Shown piece after piece: positions 27,340-39,300 of a DNA stretch of 64,000 nt. Source of the DNA: a virus; the IMG/VR virus record IMGVR_UViG_3300032287_003622, positions 70,933 to 134,932 of that record. The stretch is one strand, 5' to 3'. The translations under genes and the position numbers were made by a program. The notes beneath the pieces are model-generated. The model ran no database searches, was not told the origin of the DNA, and saw nothing but the letters and a program-made list of their open reading frames with translations. Each line of letters opens with the position of its first letter. The first letter of the stretch is position 1.

Positions 27340-30300
27340 TTAAAGGCCCCTCAAAAACCTTGCTGGTTGTGTGTTGGTATCTTGCAAAGGAACACCGTCG
27401 CTGGCTGTGGTTGGCCCTGGCTGATACCAGGATATGCCCTGTCTTACATAAATGACAACCTCCAGTCCTGCGGGTATTGATTGGGCGAATTGAACAGTGA
27501 CTAGGTCCAATGAGGTAACCAAATAAGTACTAGGATCTTGTTCAATGCCACCAATCAACACACGCACCGGGATTGAAAGATCTATGTTGGTGACAAATGT
27601 CGTGGTTGATCCATCTGCAAACGTAAAATAAAATTGATCTTCGGCTCCTTGTTGGGTTCTTATATAAACGCAAAGACCAGGGAAAGGTGCAGTGTTGAAC
27701 GTAACAGTGACTGGATTGAAGTCATCTAGCACATAGGTATTAGAGGCTTGTTCTTGCAGTCCAATGTCAAGCGATGTCACAAACTTGGCACTGCTGCCGG
27801 TGGCAGTAAACACCTGCTGTTGTTCTGTGGAGTCTAGATATAGCACAGTCACAATAACCTGTTGATCCAGAGCCGGAATAGCAACAAACTCTATGGCCAC
27901 TGGTTCAACCTGTGTCACCACATAGGTAGAAGGATCTTGTAGATTTCCGCCCACAGTCACTTGCACTATGCCACCAAGATAAACCAATGGTCGATTGTCT
28001 ACGACTATGTCAGTTACATAAGTGCTAGTGGCTCCATCTGCCATAAAAGTGTTGCTGTTGATATAATCTTGATACAGAGTTGGCAATAAGTTTTCGCGAC
28101 TCATGTCATAGACTGTGGCACCAGATTCATGAGCAGCAACAGCAGTTCCTGCAGTTCCTCTCAACAGACTGCTGATAGTGTTGTTGAGGATGTTGCGTTC
28201 ACGATACATAATACGTTCAGCATTAATGGTTACCACACCCCATGAATTGATTTCAAAATCTGGTGTATTCAAAGCACTGGCATCTTTGACATAGATCACG
28301 TCGTCGGTAATAGACACCGGGGCAGTGATTGATGTGGTAGTTTCTGAGGTGATACGATAAGTGGCTTGTAGCCCACGCATGTCTTGGAAGATACGGAATG
28401 CCATGGCTCCTGGGACAACACTTTGGGTAAGACAAGTAATAGCTATCACCGAATTAGAAGTTATAGGTAGTCCTGTGATTCTAATCTTGGTTTCGCCCAC
28501 AGTAACAAAGTTCAATCCAGCAAACAACCATTCTCCGTCTAAGGTAACAAGAATCCTGTCAGGATTAGAAATAGGATGTGAGGTGTCATAGGTATGATAT
28601 GGAGATTCCCCTTCGCCTACAAATACCTGTGTAAGCAATCCTTGTTGGCTGGTATCGTTCCATGTAACGATGTCAATGATATCTCCCGGAGTTGGAGAAT
28701 ATCCGTTGGCGGGCTGAAATACCAATTCGTCACCTAAAATCCAATATTGTGCCTTGGTTCTCACACTGATCAATATCACACTGCCCATTGCCGGAGCATC
28801 AAAAAATGTAATTGTTCGTGCAGAGGATCCATCCCATGCATCAACTTGATAATTAATTCCTTGAATAGTTGGTTGATTGTCAACATATACTGAAACATCG
28901 TTGTCAGAAATAAGGCCTTGACTATATCCACCATTCATAGGCAAATCAAATGTCACGGTGGTTCCGTCGCCCATGTGCTCCATACCTTCTGATGGTCTTA
29001 GACGTGCTCCGTTGCTGACCACTATCAAATTCACAGGATTTGTTCCTTGCAGACTATTAACTAAAGGAATACTCAAACTACCATCAGATATCTCTGTCTG
29101 AAACACTGGCAGACTCCAGCTATGTGTGGTCTGTTCAGGAGGAGCATATCCCAAGGTGCAAAGATTTATGCGATCTGAGGCTCCATAGGTGTTAACAAAT
29201 GTTATTCGAGTAGACGTTTGAGTTTGTGATGCCCAGGTGTAATCAACACCGGGCTCTAGTCGTGTTTCACCATTGTAGATCAAGAATTCATAGATAGAAT
29301 TATAAGGAAATGGCACCGTGATAGTATCGCCAACTTCATTGCCCAGATAAGTGCGATTGTAAAGCTGATTTCCACCACCAACTCCAGTTACGTAGACATT
29401 GATGATATCGCCATCAGTTTCGGTCAGCCCTAGGGTGACTTCATAGTTGGCCCAGTCATAACTGACCGGTTCTATGGCTATGCCCAAGGTGGCATTGAAA
29501 ACCTGCACTGTAAACGGCAAATCAATTATGCCAGCAAAGCTCACAGTGGGGTTGGCCGAGTCATACACATATCTACGGTTACCTGCTGGAAATCCATGTC
29601 CGCCACCGGTCCAATCACTTCCGGGTGTAGTGTAAACTCTAAAATCCAAAGTATCAAATTCGCTGCCGGGTATGAGTTCTTCAGGAGCATGGCTGCTGAA
29701 TGTGTCTATGTAAGCACCGCCATCTACGTTGATGTCTGTAGGTCTAGTTCCCAGATATAGATCAAGATAGCTGCTGGCATATTGCACATCTAAAATACCA
29801 TAGTCATAGGTTGGTCGACCTTCGCGATCCACAGAAAGATTATCAAAGGGATTGATATCAAAATTTCCAACATCATACCCAGTGTTCTGATTGAAATCCG
29901 GAGCATCTACTTGAACTCCAGGATAGTCAACACCATCCACCAGCAGTGGCAGGCTTAGGCCTGGCATGTTGGGACCTGGCAAGTAGAAGCCCATGGTGCG
30001 ATCTACGCCACTGAGAGATGCTGCAGAAACACGGGTCCAGTCAGATGGTATGAATACCGGGCCCGATAGTGTGCTGTTGGCCGACCAAACCAAATTGGAC
30101 CAACGCACTCGAGTCCCGGCCACATAAACCACATTGGGTTCCCAATCTACGATTGTGCTGCGATATTGATACCGATCATATTTTATTGTGGTCTTGAAAG
30201 AACGCACAAGATTGTTGCCCATCTGTGCTCGTGCTGTGGCTCCGGTGCCGCCGCCACCTACCAAAGTAAGAACGGCGGTAGTAGTATATCCTTCGCCCGG

Positions 30301-33300
30301 GTCATCTATTGTTATAGCCACAACTTTTCCTGCGCTGTTTATGATGGCGGTCATTTGTGCCTGTCGCACACACTCGCCCGATACCGACACTGTTGGTGCT
30401 GTGGTGTATCCGCTTCCTTGATCTAACACTTCTACTGCTTGGATGCTCAACAAATAATTGTTGAACCAATCACTCCACGGTCTTTCCAACCAAATCTGTG
30501 CGTTGGCTGGTGCATCGCTTACAAAAGATTGATTGATACTGTCCGAATAGGTGTATGGTAAAAGTATTGGACTTGTAAATTGTGGTGATTCCAGCGAGGT
30601 ATTATAATAGGCTGGCACATCATAATCAGTCAAAGCACCTGGATAACGATCTAGTCCATCATAGACCAAATTGAATTCAAGATTTTGAACATGATATGGT
30701 TTGACTTCGTTTAGGTAATCCAGCACAAAGGTTTGATTGTCAGGCTGATACAATTGTATTGGCAATAATCCCCGGATCACATGATTGACATTGATGTAAC
30801 TGGTCTTTACCAACCATTCTGGGCTGTTTAACTCTGTATAGATGAACTGGAACATCAGTATGAGAGCACGATTTCTTTCAATTAATAATTCATCTATGAG
30901 CAGTTCCTCGTTGATGGCACGTATGATCTGTCTGGTTTCAATCGTTGGCTCTTGATCAAAAAATTGTGAATCAAAAACCTCAGCATCAAAACCAAATCGT
31001 CCCAATGCATAGTCCCATAGCTTGGCACTGAATTCTATGGTTCCATCTTGCAATCCTACCCTGTTCCATCCTGTGTCGGTTCTAACATAGATTTCAAATT
31101 TGCCCTGGCCATTGGCAGCCACTTTAACGCTGCTGCCCACTGAAGCTGTTTGCAGACTCAAGGTCTGTAATCCTGCTGTGTTGGCCACAGTGGCTATGGG
31201 CGTGATGCTGCTGTTGTATCCTGGCTGATACCAGTTGATATAGTTCCAATAAGCTGGTGTATAGTAATTTTGAACCAGTGTGAGACTAAGTTCACGTTGC
31301 CCGCCCGAGATGTCTGTTACTGTGTAGATACTCCATAATCCATTCAAGCTGGCATCTGACATTACCAAATATTTGTAGCCCAGCGGCACTGCGGCAATAT
31401 TTTGGTAGGCCAAGATTTCTAAATTTGGCACTTCTAAATTCCAAGCCCCGGTATTTGCTGCAGGAATTGGCTGAGCACTGTTCAACAAAGAAAAACTTTT
31501 AGTTTCTGATATAGGAAATTGCGCCAGGATTTTGTTGACATATTGCAGATAATTTTTCAAGGCCAACAATCTGTCTACAAACATGCTCTGGCGCGGACGG
31601 AATTGCACCCCATAACGCATGCCTGGACTTAGAGTTGGGTCCGGAACTGCATTGCCCAAAGTGTCTATACCACAAAAACTGTCAATGAATTTACGATACA
31701 AGTTGGCATTTAGAAAACTGGATGGTTTGCCGTCGGTAATAAATTCATATTCGGTATGTATGTTTGAATTTCCTCCTAGGATCTGGCGGTCGTATTCTAC
31801 ATGTAGGATGGTGTCGTTGGCCGACAACAAACCATTGGCATTGTAGAGAGCCAAAGCATTGGCACTGAGTGCGGCTATGTAAGGCAACCCGCTGCCTAAG
31901 GGATTTTGAATATAGGATGCAATTGCTGATACACTGAGAGTTTTTCCTGCCTCAGTTGCCACGGTGGTTAGACCTCGAACCCAGAAATAATAATTGGTAA
32001 CCAATATTCCTTGGTCATTGATCAAGGAACTTACAGTATAACTCACTGTGCTAAAGGGGGTGCCACTGCCGGTATAATTGACAGGGGGCACTGAACTTTC
32101 AATCCACTGATATACATCTACTTCACTGCCAGGAAACACTTGGCCCCAACGCCGACTTGCATATATGAGATTGTCCTGATTGGCATCTATAAATCTTACC
32201 CGGTTGGTGTCCCACCAAATCTGTCCCAAATGTGCAGATCCCCAACTGGTTCCAACATTATGAATCAGACCTGCATTATAACTGGCCGGATCCACAGCAC
32301 CTATGTAGTCTATGTTTCTGCGTGCAACCCCTAATATTTTGCCTTGCAAAGGGTCAATGTAATCAAAATAGGTTTGTGTGTTGGTCAATAGTTTGTCGTA
32401 GGAATAGACAGAATTAAGCAAATTAACATCAACCATGGGTAGTTGATTATAGATCACTGTCCATACCGGTGCATCGCCGGCATTGTCAATCACAGTCACT
32501 GAACCATAGTTGGTGTCGCTGTTGTTGATTTCGTCGCCGGGGGTGCCTACCACCAAACGACCACGGCGATAATTCACCGAATGACCAAATTGATCATTAG
32601 TCTGCACGCTATTTTTGTAAACCTGTTGACCAAACACAAATTTACCTGGATTTTCTAAACTGGAATCTGCACTAGGCAAATAATCAAATGTATAGACCAC
32701 TCCTGAATTAGCTATGGTGTTGAAATAGGTGGTGCTACGGTCATCGAAATAGGTAAGATTGTTGTCAAAGGTAGTGGCCTCATAAACCTCTCCATTGGGA
32801 GCTCCTATCACGAGATTGATCGATCCAGTGTTGACATTGACACTGGAACCGAAGTAAGCATAGTCTGTGGGATTTGGACTGCTGATAGATTGAGTGTAGG
32901 CGTAGGTAACGAATCCTAAATCGTAAAATGCAGAAATTTCTGCACTGTCGTTGGACGAAATACCAGGTAATACTGTGAGCTTGTTGAATTCTTGTGCTGC
33001 ATTGGCATTGATCACGCTGATGGTCATTCTTCCAGCTACGACCTCTATACGGGCACGTGCTGCTGGGGCCGACACAAAAGATATCTGTTGAGTTGAATTG
33101 TTATAGGTGTAATCAATGTTTAATATCTGTAAAACATTGTTGACATACACAATCGGCGTGTAAGAAGATGCCGTAGAATAGATATTTCCAATATCAAAAA
33201 CTTGTCGGGAACCTGTGCCTTGCAAGATCACATTGGGGACCAAAGACGCTACCACATTGGGTATCTGTGCTGAATTAATTGCTCCGACCAGCCCGGCCAC

Positions 33301-36300
33301 AGTGTTGTTGGGTTCGGCCGGGACCGACACCTCCATGTCATTGATGCGTATGGTGTTTTGAGGCACCAGGGCGGGGTTGGCCGCGGTGGTGGTTATAATT
33401 CCATAGACTCTGGATTGATTCACTTGTCGTTGCACCATGCCCGATTGATGCACCTGGCTGACATAGCTGTCCAAGGGAGCTCCTATGTATACACTGCAAT
33501 TGTTGGAGCAGATGTCCAAGGCATACCCAAATTCAGACTCGTCTATGACAGTATTGGCTGTTATTTTTTGCACAAGTTGGAACTGATTGGTTTCAATTTC
33601 TATACTGTCCCCTATGTTCAAAGTCAGTCCAGTGTTGAGAACAATATTTGATCCAACAACTGAATACTGCCCATTGATATATTGGTCGGTATTGGTGAGA
33701 TATTGATTGTTCAAGGTTACTTGTATGGGTTCTACAAATGATCCTGGAATAGCATAGGTCAGTTGACCAGGATTGTCAACAATATATTTGATCACTCCAC
33801 GATCTATGGCATAGACCGCTCCGGCATAGACCACCGGACTACCTTGAGAGTCCAAGGCTGTATCAAAAGGTGCTCCAATTAACACTTGTCGACCATTTTG
33901 ATCAGTGGTTATGCTGGCGCCAAATTTGGCATTGATGTCCACGCCCGAAACAGTGATGGTGTCAATGTATTGCCAATAGGTCCCAGCAGTGGCTCCTATG
34001 ATAGCGCCGGCAGGAGGAACATTTAAAAAAGTCACATTAGGATAACTGAAAATGTAGTCAATGTTGGGACGTTGCAACACTCCGTTCACAGACAAAGTGA
34101 ATGCATCAATGCTGGTGGCAGTGTAAAGAAATTGTGCCAAAGAAAACACAGCAGTGTTGCTGACACCAAATCCAGAAATAGTAAAATCAGTGATGCCTCC
34201 AGATGTAACTTCGGTCACCGTGATTGTTAGATCATTGGCCACGCTGCCAGACGGATCAATCTGCGTGTAGGATACAGTCAGTGTGTCACCGATGTTGTAG
34301 TTGATACCCGGTGATGTGATCGAGACACTGTATTGTCCTCGTGTATTGCTCACTGTGAACACAGCACCAGTGCCAGATCCAGAAGCAAAATCTTGTGTGA
34401 CACCAAAATATATGGCAAAATCCAGTTGCGCAACTTGTTTACGAGCTATGATCACTCGTTGCCCTGCAACAGGAACAAAAGTCAGTTGCACCAAAGTTCC
34501 AGAAATGGTATAATCTCGGAGATAAACACATTCCAAATTATTGACCAACACTACCAACTGTTCTGGCTGTGCCGAATTGATGGCTATCTGCGTGTTGTAA
34601 GTAAAAGTTGCTGTGACGCCATTAGCAACATAAGTTATAATTTGAGTGGGTATGTCAACTCTTCCATAAGCATATACCCGATTACCGTCGGGCGCCCCCA
34701 CGTAGGCCATGCGCTCATCATCTGACACAATCACAGATGCACCAAACCCAATGGCCGAGAAATCAAGATCTGGTGCGGTCAGCAATTGTGTCTGAACAAA
34801 TGCCTGACTTCCTGGTTGCTGATAAAGTATTACCGCATAACCTGCAGCTGAGTTGCTGGCACTGGCTCCGGCCATGGCCCAAGATCTATTGCCAAAGTCA
34901 ACACTGTTGCCAAATCCCTGCGTGCCTGGGGCTGTCAGAGTCAATACCAAACTTTGAGCAAATTGATTGTCTTGATCGACAAAATAGCTGTAAACAGCTC
35001 CTGTGCCAGATAAAGTGTTTGGAGCACCTACCAGCAAGGAGTAATTATCATTGCTCTGCGACACGCTGGAACCAAAATACGAATTGGGATCGAGATTTTC
35101 GGGCTGTATTTGTTGTAATTCTTCAAACGGACTTTGTTTTTCAATGACCTGCCAGTGTCCCGACCCGTCATTGTCTACCCACACTCGGGCTCCAGGTAGC
35201 AAGTCGTTGGCATAAGACAGCTCGGCCACATCGCTGGCCTGGGCGACTCTCATAGACTGCAGATAATACACCAACCCTGTGCCGCTGATCGAAGTTTGAT
35301 TTGAATTGGTAAATGCATACTCAATGACCACAGTATCTATAGCCGGCACACTGATCACTCGATAAACACCATCTACTGCCGAATCAAAATACCTTACAAT
35401 TATCAAATCACCGCGTTCAAGATTAGTGGTTTGTGAAAATTGTGCTTGACTGGTTCCATTTAAGTTGTCAGTCAGTCTGATAAGACGTCCTGGAACCTGG
35501 GCACAACGATATATTGCCCAATCATATCCATTGATTTGTGCAACCCAGATACTTGTGCCATTGCCTATGGTTCCAATGTCTCTGGCAATAGCACTAGGAT
35601 TATTGAGATTGAAAACCGTGATGTCAACATCATTGATATTGACGTATCCAGCCGATGGCAACGCACTATCAGAATTGGTCACGTAGGTAGTAGGTAGTAT
35701 GTCTGTGGAGGGGGTAACATAACTTTCGGCCCAGAGATCTTCGAGCAGAATAGTTTGATTGGCCACGCTGGATTGTCCTGGTTGGATTATCTGCACTGTG
35801 CTGGGATTTCCGTTTAGCAAAGCTTCATTCAATGCTATGTCAAACCAACTGCGATTGGCATTGGCTCCATACGTTCCAACCAATATACCCCAGTTTTCAA
35901 AAATATTGTATTCGCCGATTTCTTTGTTGAAGTTTACTTTGGTAAACAGATCGGTGGCCTGTGTGGTTCCTTTGGTCTTAATAAACTGTTGATAAATCAT
36001 GACCTGGCTGGAACTGCTAAGATCCAGATCAGTCATGTATTGTCTTGGCCTAAATCCGATCAATCCATAGGCCAAAAGATCGTTGTCGTTGTTTAAATTG
36101 GCAGTCTGAGTGTTATAACTGTTGGCAAGTTGTTCAGCCTTGGTTGCCAAATTTTGTAAAAGCCCCTGTTCTATTAGGTCATAGTTGCTCTTATACCAGT
36201 CACCATATTCAAATTTTGCCTTGGGTTGTATGATGTCAATGGCCTGCCAGTAACTGTTTTTGTATAAAACCATGTCACCCTTGGTATACTTGGTATTGGT

Positions 36301-39300
36301 CTGCCAATCAACCACATTGTCTTGGTTGAGTATGAATCCTTGAGCATTAAGCACTCCGTTCCAACCGGTGCTGACACTGGCCATGAGTCTGAGACGATTT
36401 TGTCTTTCTGCTGTGATGGTGTCATAGATCAAGTCATTAAAAATGGTGCGATTGTCCAACACCATCATGTTTTCATAATCGGTATATTTTAGTTGCAAAT
36501 AACTGATGGTTTGACTGCCGGCCGGATCGGGATTCAAGGAAAACACATTGCCTTGGCGACGTATAATCAAATCTCTCGAGTCAAAAGCCTTGCGATTTTG
36601 ATCCAGCAGTAGATTCTCTGGTGTATAAGTCACTATGGAATCTACCACTGCACCAGGACGGAAAGATGTTATTTGCGTGGCCGATGGATTGAGATTGATT
36701 ATAGTGCCTGGTGCCCATCCTTGATTGGCAAAATACAAGAATTCCTGGGCCATCTGTATCCAGTTCAAGGTGTATCCATTTTCTTGCACTGTGAATGACA
36801 ATCCTTGGCTTGCCAAAAACTGTCCATAACTCAACAAAAAGTCCACTACACCGGTAAGATTTGCAAATGTATAACCATACGGTATCTGTGCGACCTTGTT
36901 GGTATAAGAACTAGGAACAGTGACAGTGACATTGCCGGCTGTCAAAGTTTGGCTGGATCCTGCTACCTGGCTGGTCAATATAGAAAAATAAGGGTTGATA
37001 GCACTGTAACCATATACGCTGTAACCGTCTTCAACTACCTCTACAATGACCGCACTGTAATCTAAACGATTGAAAGGTTGATTTTTATACAGCAACAGAT
37101 TGAAGCTTTCGGGCGGCACCAGCAAACTGGTGTTTTGACTTTGAGCGCTGCCTTTTTCTAGATAAACCGCTAGATTTGATTCGGCCACAAACGAGGCGAA
37201 TCTATAGCACAAACGCACATCTATGTTGTCTAAGTCTGTGGTCAAAGCATCGGTGCTGTCTATTCCTAGTTGCTGATTGTAATCAACTATCCAGTCAATA
37301 TAACTGGCCTTGCTGATTCCGTTGCCATAAACTTCTATCTGCTTGGGTTGTATGCGACCACGACCATCATAAAGATATTGGTCAAACTCAGGACTGTATT
37401 TGTACAAATCTCTGTCTGCAAACAGACTGAAAAATTCTGCTGGTCTTGTCAATATCAGCAAGCGCATGACTGCAAAAGGATAGCTGGAACTTGACCACCA
37501 CGAAGCTTCTACCGGTCCACCGTCTCCCACTTTCCAACTGGCAACAAATCCCTGAGGATCGTATGGACCTACCACACTCTGCAACGGAGGCAAAAGATTT
37601 CCTTGATTGTCCACAGGAATAACTTGTGTGAGTCCAGGTCTACGATATTTTGGAATCACATAAGGAGCTACCGGGTCAGCCACCAATCCCTGTTCAAGAT
37701 CACCCCAAAGCACCAAGTTGTCACTGGTGTAAGGCACTGGACCATAGCGATCTGCCCACCAGCTTGGTTCTTCGCTTAAACCCAACATTTCCCAAGGTGT
37801 GGTATTTGGCGAAGTGGTGTCATAGAAATAACGATATATGCCACGCCAGGCTCCCAACAGTGGCTGATTATTGATTCTATTACCGGCCTGACTGTAGTTG
37901 TAGGTAAATTCATTGTTGGCCAGATAAGTTTGTTGCGTATAATCCAGTTTGTTGGCTCCTACCCAGGCCAGAAATTGTTCGCCCAATATCTGATTTATTT
38001 CTTGTTGATTGTAATCGGTAGTGCGGAAAAATCCTGGAATAACATCTTCAGCTACCAAAGGCGGTGGGTTACCATCATTTTTTAAATTGTTATAAATTCT
38101 GGTCTCAAATTCCAACAACACCCGATCTCTGATGTCACCAAATGCTGTGGTAATAGATCCATCATGTCCTTGAATAACCAAAGTTGGATTCACATAATTT
38201 GTGTCATAAAATATCTTTGGTTGATATTTGGGATACAAACCCAGTTTGGTAGGTGTGTTGGGGACAAAATTTCCCACGGTGCTGGTATATTCATTGATTG
38301 TCACGGTAGACCCGACAGCAAAAGGCACCTGCGGTTCAATGGTCAATGTGGGTCCTTCAGTTGACACAACATAATCTGTATCTCGTGTCAGAAGAACATT
38401 GTCTATGTAAACACACAATCCTTGGTAGTTTGATTCGGTATAACTGTAAGTTTGTGTGAGATTGAATGTTCTTGTGGTAACAGGATTGATTACATATGAA
38501 TTGGAAGTGAATGTTGGACTCGTAGGCAACATATCACTCCAGTAAAATGGATTTACGCTGGTTTTGCCAAGATTGATCTGTGATATTGATTCATCCAGCA
38601 GGCGGGACACGGTCCAATTATCGTAGTCAGCTATGCCAAATGTGGTCACCGTGTTTAATAATTGTGTTTTGAATTTGATATATTCAGAACTGTTGTATTG
38701 CAAGGCACCAAAAATGTTATAGTTGGGATCTCGCATGAAATATCCAGTCAAAGTCAAAGGCGAACTTTGCTGTAATATTTGCAAGCCATAAGGTATCACA
38801 TTGCCCAGGTCTCTCACGTTGTTGGGGCCAATGGGAGGTCCGGACAAATCAATAAGATTTTGGGCTATGGTAACATAATGATTGCGTATGGTGCCCAGGC
38901 TGAATTGCTGGCTGTTTTCGTTGAGAGGATTGTTTTGGAGATTGATAGGAACCTGATAAAATCCTTGTTGACTTATCTGATCGCTCAACACTGCCACAAT
39001 GATCTGATCACCGGGCACATAAGTGGTCAAGAGATTGATAGTGGTAGTGTCGGTGCCTACTGTATATTGATAATTATAGGACTCCTGGAATTCTCCATTG
39101 ATAAAAATCTGTATGGCTGGCACTGTGTTATTGTCATTTACAGCAACATCCAGCAACAAAGGACCACCGTCGTAGCTGAACTGAAATTGTTGCCGCACCA
39201 AGCTAGAGGTCACAGCCGTTTGCCAACCTATCTCTCTTACAAAATCAACCCGGTCACGATATTGACGCACAAAACCTGTGCTAAGAGGCACAGTCAGTCC

